From Microbotryum violaceum (lineage: Eukaryota): DNA of 64,000 nucleotides. Below, one piece after another: positions 35,319 through 46,247 of the stretch (within the stretch, counting starts at the first letter, position 1; the number at the start of each line of letters is the position of its first letter). The notes under the pieces were generated by a model that worked only from the letters and a program-made list of their open reading frames with translations, ran no database searches and was not told where the DNA came from. The stretch spans positions 1,054,001-1,118,000 of the forward strand of contig CDLV01000009.1 of NCBI GenBank assembly GCA_001244265.2. The letters are read 5' to 3'. The position numbers and the translations under genes were made by a program.

Positions 35319-36355
35319 CGACTGGGCGAAGCTGATGTAGCAATGAATGCAAGGCATGCTTGACTCGTCGGGTGTCCGCCAGACTGGGGTGGTCTGAGAG
35401 CGTGGCCCCGAACGAGGAGGGGAGAACGAGAGGGACAACCCAGCTCTCGGGCGCTTGGGCATCCGCCGGATGCGCGTCAGCAAGACCGTCTGAATGCAAG
35501 TCTTGACTTTCAGTCTTGATTGGAAGTCAATAGTTCTAGCTACTCAGAGGGGTAGTTGTTTTTTAACGCCTCCCCTTACAACAACGGTGGACCCGAAGTT
35601 GTAATCAGCGCGATACGTGGCCTCCGCACCTGTCAGCCAGGATTCTCATAGGATCAGATCAGATCAGATCGCAGGAATTTCTACCCACGCCCGCTCCTCT
35701 AGCCTTTTCAGGTCCGCACTGCTTGCCGCTGTTGTACCAGTTCATCGCTGTGTACCTCTGCCACCCTCCTGCCAAGGTTGGTGTCCGTCCTCGAACTCTT
35801 CCTGCCGCTACGCCTCAGGCTGTCAAGTTCCGAGTCTCACACAGGACCTTCCCCAGCCGTGATCGGCATCAGTCTCTGCCGGACTGCTTGGACAACTGCC
35901 CTCTGGGTACGCTGCTTCTTCAACTCTCCTTGTTGAATGGTTGACTAAGTGCTCATACCCCTGTATGCAGCCCCCGTCCTACGCCTGCCAAGCGTAGCCG
36001 TGCCTCTTGCCATTGAGTACCGCGTCTCGCTCCTAGAGCTAAGGTACATCACCATGCCTCTCCCGGGCTCTGCCCCAGGGTACTCCTACTCACAGCTGTC
36101 CTTGTTGGGCATGCTGATTTACTTGGTTACCTCGCTACGCAGACAATCCTCATCACCCAACGTGCCAGCGTTCCGGGTTGATTATCTCTGTTCGTACGCG
36201 ACGCGCTTTCCAAGCAAAGGTATGCCAAGTCTTCCCAGTCGTTTGCAGTAATCCTAGATACTGATAAGAACCGCGCTTTCCAAGCAAAGCCGTTCCGTTT
36301 TCTGAGCTCCTCAGGCCGCCCCTCCGCTACGCTCCGCAACAACCCCATCAAAATC

Positions 36356-37887
36356 ATGGCTGTCGACCCGTTTCCTCAGGGATATGAGCCTCCCGCCTAG
36401 CCCGGCTCTCCCGATCCCTTCTTCCGGCCCTCACACGGAACGGGCGCTGGAGCGCATTGCGAACGTATGGATCGGAGCGGAAGGAGCTGTTCTCACGCAA
36501 GCCGACATCCTGTTCCTTAAAACCGAACTTGCCCAGGATACAAGCGATCCTGCGCTACGCGTATTTTGGGAAGGCCAGCTCGATCAGCTCCCCCTCGGTT
36601 AAGCTCGACATCTCAGCCCTCGAAGAAGCCGGCTTGCACCCGGCCCTCGCTCACGCTCTAGGAACAGCTCGCCCCGGCGATTTTTTGGAACAATTCGGCG
36701 CCAGATACTGGACGAAGAATCTGCAGCCCCTACCGTCTTCGTTGCCCGTCATTCGCAGTCGCCGCCTCTGCCCACAGCAACGCCGACGAAGCACCTCCCC
36801 GCTCGTTCACCTCAATCCAGAACCTAGGGGACCTTTCGACGTATACCGCGGACGAGCTGGACAAGGACCCAGACGGCCGTCTCATCGCCCCCTCCAGTCT
36901 CTTCCTTGAAGGTCTCGTGGACCTCTCGACGCTCCCGGAGGGCGAGAATGTCTCGTACAAGTACTCACGCGTACCGTCCGGATGGATATCACGGTCGGCC
37001 GTCCCCCTGCTGCCCCGACGGCTACCGCTTTATTTGCTGCATCGGGGCTTCAAGAACGCCCCAATGAGACGGATGACGCTTGGACAGATGTCTCGGAGGA
37101 CAACAATGGTAAAGAAACACCGGCCGCGCAGCGCCAGACGCCCATGGCTCAGATCGCGCGCCTAGACCCTCGATCGAAAAGAGCAAAACCTGCAGAGCCC
37201 ACGCTTCCCAGCGCTCTCGCCCCGTATGGTCCGGCGCCGGCGGCGCCTGTGGCACCAGTTTATCAGACCGACGAGGAAGATGCAAGCCCGAACTCCGTAC
37301 CTGGCGACGACGCCAAGGTTTTCTACGTCTCGATTTTGGCGGTGCCCAGCACAGCTTACGACGGCCTCCCTAAATATGTCGTCTCCCGTCAAAAGAAAAA
37401 AGAGTTATACAGGCAAGCGCTGTACTATTTGCGCTCTCACCCGTACCGGCTGGATCGTCAAGCTGAACGGCTCAAAAAGTCGCACGGCTTCAATCTCGAC
37501 CTGGTCGAATTTATGAAGGTACTCACGGGTCACCATGTCAGCGTCGTCGATGCCGACAACCCGGCCTCCCCCGACTTGTTCTACATGTTCCAAACTTCGA
37601 GCGGGGCCAATTTTTACGGGATTGAGGCCATGATTCAATCGAAGGCCGTCCTCCCCAAAAAGACGCTTACCCCGGCCGGGCACACCGAGGCGCTCATGAA
37701 ACTCGAACGCCTCGAAGGAGTCGTCTTCAACTCCCATCAAGGCCGCGACTGGCATCACTATACACGATTCCTTCGAGAGCTAGCAAAGGACCCTAGCCTG
37801 GGGTTCGATTTCATGGTCCTCTACGACAACAAGTTTCGCCGAGAGTTGGCCGACCGCAGCTCTCAATCTACTAGCTTCTCCAAGTGA
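36356..37887 (+). pseudogene. Frameshifted ~500-aa ORF, possibly the gag/ORF1-like gene of a retroelement (tyrosine-recombinase type suspected)
   Basis: Protein-like sequence continues across overlapping ORFs 36384-36602, 36457-36909, 36917-37165 and 36982-37887 with no obvious introns. C-terminal WHHYTRFLRELA...LYDNKFRRELA. Family assignment is inference. Confidence 0.4.
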
Positions 37888-38148
37888 AGTACGGCGACAG
37901 CGCCTACTCGCAGATTGTGCACGAGTGGCACGCTCGCAGGACCGAGCCCTTTCGACACGAGGGTCCGTCCGTGGCGCACCACGGCCCCTCGACCTCTTCG
38001 CGCTCTGACGAGTAGTCGTCGTCATAGAGGACCATGAAATCGAACCCCAGGCTAGGATCCTCTGCTAGTTCTCGAAGGAATCGTGTATAGTGATGCCAGT
38101 CGCGGCCTTGATGGGAGTTGAAGACGACTCCTTCGAAGCGTTCGAGTT
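37700..38148. repeat. ~130-bp inverted duplication with ~190-bp spacer
   Basis: 37700-37830 is reverse-complementary to 38018-38148 with few substitutions. Both copies encode LER(L/F)EGVVFNSHQGRDWHHYTRFLRELA(K/E)DPSLGFDFMVLYD. Confidence 0.93.
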
Positions 38149-38984
38149 GACAATTCCACTTCGAATCTCCATGCAGGGACCGTCCTACGACTCCCCTTCT
38201 CACGTACACCGGCTGAAAATATTTTATCTTCCGGCCATCAATAATATACACAATGCGGGGTGCTGGGTTCAGCCCAAACCTGCAACTTGACTGGCTTCAC
38301 CGGCTAAATTGGCTCCGCTCGCGCGCTCTACGAAGAAGTCGAAGGTCTTACCTCGGCCTGACCAATGTGTTCTCTAAGTCTTCCTATGTCCAGACCTAGC
38401 CGAAGCATTTGACGCGCGTGTTTTCTTTTCTTTTCCTCCGTAGTTATCTTTTTGTCGTAGACTTTTGACATTTTGACAGGCTGCGCGCGCGCCCGGGGCC
38501 CGGTTGGCCACCAAGCAGCCTCCCGTACCGATCTGAAATTGACCCCATTAGGCCCCATGCATCAGCAAGGAGTCGAAGAAGGAGTCGAAGGAGTCGACCT
38601 ACTTGAGACTCGGCCCAGAGTCACGTGGCCGATTGCCTGAGGTCGGGAACTATCGTCGGGAACTATCGCGAACATCCGCTTCATCTCCTGCTTTCGTGTA
38701 CCGACTCCACCTCATTTTCGATTCGACTGGATCTCTGGTAACCGCTCTTTTTTCAACGAAAAGCTGCGCCATTCGGCGGGAATAGTAAAAACGTAGTACT
38801 CCGAGCACTGCATTGCCGGCGTCACTGCAGAAGCTTTCGCTCAACCGAGCTCTCCGACCGCTCTCCCCCAGTCTCCCCCTCGCCGCGCCACTTCTGTTGA
38901 GTCGAGACGCCGCTGGCCACCGAGCTCTTGTTCCCGCCACTCTTTGCCAACCATCGCCCAGGAGGGCCCACACCGTGATACAAG

Positions 38985-40590
38985 ATGAAGTGAGCAACTT
39001 TGCACATAGCTCTTCTACATTGCACCGAGGGGTCCTAATTGAGCGGCGACGCCATCTCGTCACAGCTACATCCAACTCGAAAAGCTCGGAGAAGGCACCG
39101 TGAGCTCCCAAGTTCGGGAACTTGAGTTGTGCATACTAGAACTAATCATCAGCTCACCGTGGCTTGAACTCACAGTACGCCACCGTACACAAGGTCGGTC
39201 AAGTGCCCCTCGCAATCCCCGAATGTCGTTCAGTCCCCAGTTTCCCCAGGCGACGGGCTATGGGCATCGTCGTGGCTACGGGACATCGTTTTCGCTGAAC
39301 CTTTGCCGCCATTGATCTCATAGGGAAGATCACGTATCACGAATGAACTGGTCGCTCTGAAAGAGATACACCTCGACGCCGAGGAAGGCACTCCCTCGAC
39401 TGCGATCCGCGAGATCAGTCTGATGAAGGAGCTCAAGCACCCCAACATTGTTCGCCTGTACGACGTCATCCATACCGAAGCCAAGCTCATGCTCGTATTC
39501 GAGTTCATGGACCTCGACCTCAAAAAATACATGGATTCGCACGGTGACCGAGGCGCGCTCGAGCCCGCCGTCGTCCGTTCCTTCATGTGGCAATTGCTCA
39601 AGGGCACCGCGTTCTGCCACGACAACCGAGTCCTTCACCGTGATCTCAAGCCGCAGAATCTGCTCATCAACAAGAAGGGCGAGCTCAAACTCGCCGATTT
39701 CGGTCTCGCGCGTGCGTTCGGTATCCCCGTCAACACGTTTTCCAATGAGGTCGTCACGCTGTGGTATCGCGCACCCGACGTCTTGTTGGGCTCAAGAACG
39801 TACTCGACCAGTATTGACGTATGGAGCGCCGGGTGCATCATGGCAGAGTGAGTGATGGAAATCGTCGAAATACTAAGATTCGTCTCGTGATGAACGTTGA
39901 CCGACGAACGTGCGCTCTCAGGATGATCTCGGGTGTGCCCCTGTTCCGAGGACGAGACAACAACGATCAGCTGAACCAGATCTTGCGAATTTTGGGGACC
40001 CCGGATGAAGCCACACTGCGTCGGATCGCCTCCGAATCGGTGAGCCTCGAGGCGTAACATGCGCTCGGCACCCTCGCTGCGACCCTGATTTTGGATGCTC
40101 TGCTCGATTGCAGCCCGAGATCCAACTTCGACCATTCCCTCGATTAAACAGGGTCCCTTTCGCTTCGCTCTACCCGAAAGCCCACCCCGTTGGTGAGTTC
40201 AGTCGAGAAGGGTAGCGAGACTGGTAGCTGATGTGGTCACTCACAGCTCTCGACCTGCTCGACAAGCTGCTCCAATTCGATCCCGCTCGTCGTATCGACT
40301 GCACGACTGCGCTTCACCAGTGCGTGTACATTCACACTCGGGAATGCATCTCTGGCTGTACTGACGTAGACTCTTCCGTCACACCTCATAGCCCGTACTT
40401 TGGCCAAGCGGCGCAGCAGCAGACGGCGCAGCAACAACAACAGAGTTCACTACAGCAGCAACAACAACAACAACAACAGAGCTCATTACAGCATCAGCAA
40501 CAACAACAGGCGCAAGCTCAGGCTCAAGCCCGAGCACAGTCGCAAGCTCAATACAGGGATCAACCTGGTGCCTACGCTGCTCAGGACTAG
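38985..40590 (+). CDS. PHO85: Cyclin-dependent kinase Pho85
   Basis: M(N)|[90 protein letters not shown]; poly-Q tail. Confidence 0.96.
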
Positions 40591-40928
40591 GTTCTGGTTC
40601 TACATGAATGCCTAGAGCTAGCCGCTCTCTCGTTCTTTCTTGCTGGTCTTGCTTTGCTGTGGTTGTACTTCGCCGTGATCTCTTTTTTTACCGAGTGGGA
40701 TTCGTGTCTTTATGGTGGGATTGGGGTAGGTGACGTTTCAATCATCTTGACGACATCGAATGTAACATAGGACACGCCGTCCAAATAACAACCTGTAGTA
40801 CCGAACCCGTCGGACTAGGTTAGAAACTTTGGAAATGGCCTCGCATTGGCCTATGGGCTTTCGGAATTGACATCGCGTCGTTCCGTTTGAGGGTCATTGC
40901 TCCTGCATGTCGTGGTTTTGAAATCAGG

Positions 40929-41077
40929 AGCTGACTGCCTCGAGGTTCTAGACTTGAACTACGACTGTTTGATCCTGTCTATCGTTCTTGGAGCACGGCT
41001 GCACGCGGTGCTTCCATTATTTTTTTGATAGGATCAAACAGTCGTAGTTCAAGTCTAGAACCTCGAGGCAGTCAGCT
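40929..41077. repeat. Perfect 48-bp inverted repeat with 53-nt spacer (MITE-like or hairpin)
   Basis: AGCTGACTGCCTCGAGGTTCTAGACTTGAACTACGACTGTTTGATCCT at 40929-40976 and its exact reverse complement at 41030-41077. Confidence 0.93.
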
Positions 41078-41166
41078 ACAATACTAAGCATAGGGGACTG
41101 GTGCAAACGGCACTTGGACCCCATATCTCACCGCTCCGTCGAGCTCTCACGCCCTCATCCTATATC

Positions 41167-41424
41167 ATGCCCGCACCCACCACCTCCGCTCGGCTCACTA
41201 AAGTCCTGTGCCTCCTCTCCGAAGCCCATTCCACCGACCCCTGCTCAGAATCTTCCACCTACCATTCCACTCTCTCCTCCTACGTCACTCGCCTCTGCCG
41301 CGACGCCGGTAACGAAGAACCCAGTGAAGCGCTGGTGATCGCTGCGAATGCGCAACATGTCAGGAGGTGGGATAAGCCGAGGAATGAGTACTCAATGGGT
41401 TTGTCCGGGTATAAGATGTGGAGA
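41167..41424 (+). pseudogene. DUF4202-family protein, first exon only (apparently truncated)
   Basis: AHSTDP...Y...PSEALVIAANAQHVRRWDKPRNEYSMGLSGYKMWR followed by a GTGAGT donor. No downstream exon carrying the family C-terminal half was found in the window. Confidence 0.65.
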
Positions 41425-41976
41425 GTGAGTGCGGTGCGGTGCGGGAGGGGTCAGGGGTCATGAACGGGTGGGGTGGGGTGGGCCGGAGATGGCACGTGAC
41501 TTGGCTTCTGGCACGTGCTGCTCTGTTCTCTCCAAGCTAGAGTTAGCTAGAGCGCGTGAGCGTAGAACCGACCCCGGCCCGCATTTGCTCGCGCGTCGAC
41601 GCGCGTGCTGGGACGCGCGCGTGCGCCTCGAGTCGCACTCGGCCTTGGAGTAATCCACTGCAGTGCATTTGCGGAGATTTGCTTCAACGGCCCTACGCAC
41701 CCACCCCAAACACCTTTCCGTCAACCCTTGTCTCCTAATCACACCGTAAGCGAATCCTCGCATACCTCCCGGGACCCAGTCGTACACATACAACCGGCCT
41801 TCGGCGCGTCAAACTTGAACTCGTTCGCGTCGTCCAAACAGCCCAGTCTGCCCTGTGTCGTCGCCCAACCCCCGATCGCTCTCCGTCTTCGACCAGTGCA
41901 TCGCCCGCTTTGCGTAGTAAAGCGCGTTCCGAAACCCCCTTCCCTCCACCTTGATCCATCCCACCCATCTCCAACG

Positions 41977-43469
41977 ATGGCCCCTCTCCGATTCCTCGCA
42001 ACACCCCTCCTCCTCTCCTACACCCTCCTCATCTCGACCGTCACCGCGATCGGTGATTTCCCTTGTGCGAATACGGCGGATTCGCAATCATGCGCCAAGT
42101 GGAGCGTCGATGTCGACCGACAGGGGAATATCTCGGCGTCGGCAAAATGCGTGCCTGGTGCGTACTTGGTGGGAAGGATGGGAAGGAGGAGAGAATGACC
42201 TTGTTGGAAGGGGTCGAGGTGCTGACGATGTGGGTACGACGTATCGTTCCCCTCAGATCCGTTGAACCCTTCGGTTTCCTACTGCGGATACGCTCGAGCC
42301 GGATGCCGAAAAGACGCCGACTGCGACTATGGTAGGTCTTCCGATGGCATGTTACATAATTCAACGCATAAAATAGGGACTGATGTAGTTCCATCCTCCA
42401 ATGACAGGTACCTGCGGCAAATCCAGCACCTGCCAGGGATTCCTCGGCGACCCTTGTCCCAACGGCAACTCGGACTGCCAAGCCTTCTTCTTCTGCGGTA
42501 CCGATGGCTTGTGCGGTGGTCAGGGAGCGTGAGTGATGAGTGATGAGTGCCGGGACAAGTGCGAAGGCGAAGGAGTGTAGAAGCAATCTGATCACTGGGT
42601 GCTTTCACTTTTGGTCCTGCAGAGCTTGCGCGAACGGCGATCCTACCTACCCGATCCCTTCGCCGAACTTGCAATGCATGAGTCGTCAGTCTTTTTTTCC
42701 TCCTTCTTCAGGGCCGCAAATCCATTCCCCCATCGTCCGGTGGTCTGAACAAAAACGACCTCTCCTTTTACACCATGATTGGCAACCTTAGAACGCTGCG
42801 TCAACAAATTGTGCAACGCCGTGCGACGACAAGGTGTCGGGATCGGCGGCGCGTGCGTCAAGAACTCGGTTTGCGAATCGGGTAAGGTCGACCTCCTTCT
42901 TCTCCTCTAGCCTCGTTGCCCCGCAACTCATTCCTTGCGTCTTCTGTTCTTTCAACAGGATACTGTAGCGAGACTACCCTGTTGTGCGCGTGCTTCCCGA
43001 CGTCTGGAATACAATGCACGAGCACCAAGGCGAAACGATCTTACGACTCGGACTCGAGCGATCTTTGCGCTCAAGGACAGACCGCTTGCCCGACCCCTTT
43101 CGTAGGCGACTTGGTGCCTGACGTGAGTCAACAACCTTCCCCTGAGTTACTTTCATTTGGGATTGTGTATCTGACGACTTAGAGCTTATCCTCGTCTTCG
43201 TCTAGTGCGTCGACACCTCGAGCGATTTGGAGAACTGCGGAGGGTGCACGACCAAGGGTCAAGGCCAGGACTGCACCTCGATCGACGGCGCTTCGAGCGT
43301 CGAGTGCCAGAGTGGTCGCTGTGTTGTTCGTGAGTAACCTAAGAACAGATGCGATCTTAAGAAGAACCTGGGATCAGTTGATTAACTGGTGATCACTTCG
43401 CTCGCTGGTCTAGTTTCTTGCGAGGCCGGGTTGCACGTCAACCTCTCCGGAACAGGATGCATCGTATGA
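41977..43469 (+). CDS. Secreted cysteine-rich protein with PriA/Cpl1-like C-terminal domain (many small exons)
   Basis: Signal peptide MAPLRFLATPLLLSYTLLISTVTA; Cys-rich exons; KR site before LCAQGQTACP; C-terminus CVDTSSDLENCGGC...GQDCTSIDGASSVECQSGRCVV|SCEAGLHVNLSGTGCIV*. Confidence 0.82.
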
Positions 43470-43840
43470 ACCCCCTTCCTCGCTCTAGAACCAACTCATA
43501 TCCCTCAGAATTTTGCATCGTCCGCGGCGACTAGCGGCGAACATCCCTATTCTCGTGTTTGAAACAAAGAAATAGTGCCAAGGTGGTCAGGGGTCAGGAT
43601 TATGAACCTCCCTGTCATCGGTTGATTGACATTTAACCCCTAGCAAAGTCTCTGATGGCGGTGTCGATCCGCCGTGAAAGGGTCCGTGCGGGTCCGTTCA
43701 CTTCCAAAGTCACGTGATCCTATCCGGTCGCGCGGTCGCGTGTCGTCATCGTGAGGCCCGGAGGCTCTTACGCTTCCTCCTCCCGCATCCCATACCCCAG
43801 CATTACCTCCGTCGAGCCATCCGAGCGCCCGACCCTGAAC

Positions 43841-44763
43841 ATGGCTCCCGCGGCTCCACTCTTCCGCTTCGCGTCCTTTTCGATCACGAACCAAATCTTC
43901 TACCAATCGAGTCTGTCGTTGGCGTTGGTCAATCTCAAACCATTAGTACCGGGTCGTGCGTTCATGCATGCGCTCTCTTGGCCCCTGATCATGAACGGGA
44001 AGGATACTGATCACCTTGAAGATTTTCAATTCGCAGACGTCTTGGTGATCCCCAAACGAGTCGTCCCTCGGTTCGGTGAACTCACAGCGGACGAAACGAC
44101 GGACCTGTTCCTCTCCGTTCAACAGGTCGCTAAAGTGATTGGAAAGGAGTATAAAGCACAGTGAGTTATGCATACTACGGCCTTTCTACCTGTTTCTGGT
44201 GAGTAGGGGTCGCTAAGCCGTTCTTGCTCCCTTCTTGCTCCCCCACACGTGTGAGCGAGCAGATCGATGAATATCGCCGTCCAAGACGGTGCATTGGCAG
44301 GGCAGAGCGTGCCTCATGTGCATGTGCATTTGATGTGAGCTGGATAACAAGCGGCTGTTTGAAAGCTCCTCATCGTGGAACTAAGTCGGGTGGCTTATCT
44401 TTTCGCGAACTCACAGTCCTCGGAGGAAGGATGATTTCGAACCCATGGATGAGGGTCAGTACGCTGCCGAGGACATCCGCTTCCTCAACCGCGTCAAGGT
44501 CATAACTACCGCACCACAAGAATCTCGTACTTATTTCATCCGACTTCACACCTACAGTCTACACTGCCCTCGACTCGGCCAACATGGCCGCGGACTACCT
44601 AGCTCGTCAATCCAGAACTGATCGGAAGAAAGTGTTTGGTGTCGATGATGAGGATCGAAAACCTCGAAGCAAGGAGGTGATGAAGGAGGAGGCGAGGAGG
44701 TTGAGTTTGTTATTCCCGGAAGCGAATCGGGAGGAATTTACGGAGGGGAGTGGGGACGAGTGA
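43841..44763 (+). CDS. HNT2: HIT-family dinucleoside triphosphatase (Fhit/Hnt2/Aph1)
   Basis: ALVNLKPLVPG, VLVIPKRVVPRF, NIAVQDGALAGQSVPHVHVHLI|PRR, RKPRSKEVMKEEA. Confidence 0.93.
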
Positions 44764-44916
44764 TTCTGTGTGAAGTAGGGGATACTTGGGGGAGGAGGGT
44801 TTTTTCTTTTTCTTTTTTCGTGAGGGGGTCCTCTTGGCCATTTTGCGTCGTCGTTCATGCACAGCAATTCATTTGTAAAGTACAACACTCTGAAAATGCC
44901 TGCGTTTGGAATAGAA

Positions 44917-45543
44917 CTACCTCAGGAACAGATCATACAATTCCGGGTCCTCTTCCTTCCTAAAGGTCGTCGCGATACTCGGATCAGCGACGATACGAAT
45001 CGGTGCTGAGGATGCGGTCGGTCGTCGAGCTGGTGTAGCGGTGGGGGTGGTGTGTTCTATGATGGACTTTGCGTAGTCCGAGCCTGCGACGGTAGAGGTC
45101 GCTGTGGCGGTCGGTGTAGGGGAAGCAGGGGCGGTGGTAGAATCGGGATGTGGGGCTTTCTGGAAGGAAAAGCGCGCGGGGGGGGGGGGAGGGTAAGGTC
45201 GGTGAGGAGGATCTCGGAGAGTACTCGATAAAAGAAGCTCACTCGAGATGTTGAAGCGTCCTGTGTGCTCGTGAACGGCGGTGGCGGTGGATGATTGGCT
45301 GACCAAAGCAAGTCTCGCGAAAGGTCAATCAACTCGTGATTGCCCCGGACCGAAGCTCAGACCTACGCATGCTCGTCCCCCTCCCAAATGGACTCGTCCC
45401 CCGTTTACAATCGACGACTTGTTATGCCTCGACATGATGGATGGAGAAGGGGAGGGAGCTCCGGTTGAGCGCTCGCGAGGTGGGAGAGGCGTGCCGAGGA
45501 GCGTCGAGGAGGGTGCTTTGCCGTTGCGCAGGGGGGTGCACAT
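44917..45543 (-). CDS. Small hypothetical protein (spliced; start at 45543 or 45435)
   Basis: ORF pieces separated by GT-AG introns; ends IRIVADPSIATTFRKEEDPELYDLFLR*. No recognised domain. Confidence 0.5.
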
Positions 45544-46247
45544 GTTGGAGACAGAGGGTGTGCAGGGGTTTAGGAGGCGGTTGGCAAGTGTAGGGGCTGA
45601 GGGTGACTTTAGACTGTGCGCGAGGTGGTGATTTGACGCGCGTCGCTCAGTAATAGCGCTCAGTGCTCGGTACATAACTCAGTATATACTCAGTCACTAA
45701 CAACTCGGCGCGCGGCTAATAGACTTGCTGATTTCGATCAGCCCGGACCGGAGCTCAGGTCGGTTACTTCTTACCGCTTTACCTCTGGTCGTGACGCCGC
45801 TGTGCGACGTTCGCGGGCCTGATCGTGACTCGCCAATTCTCGCCAGCCTACTGTGTGGCTTCCACGTGCTTGGGTCCATATCGGCAAGGCCGTACATCCC
45901 TTTGGCAGCGCCTAGTGGATCGCTCTTCTCTTCCGTCGACCGCCCCATTCAGTTCACTTCGACCTGGCTCGGATTCAACACTAACACTCTAGGTAGAGGC
46001 CCAACGCAATCATTCTGGAAGAGCTCCCTTCATCAGGTACGTACCTACGAATTCGGGGCTCAAATATGGCCCTTCTGCTTCTGGTATCGCGCTCGGCTGA
46101 TCTCACGAACGTCGTCCACTTCGCAGTCCCATCTTCCCATCTTGCTCCACCCAGCCTATCGAGCTCACCCGCATCTAGGCCCACACGGAGATTCGGTGGT
46201 GATCGTGGGGAAGAGGTTTGACCGTAGCAGGTGGTTAGGCTATCAGT

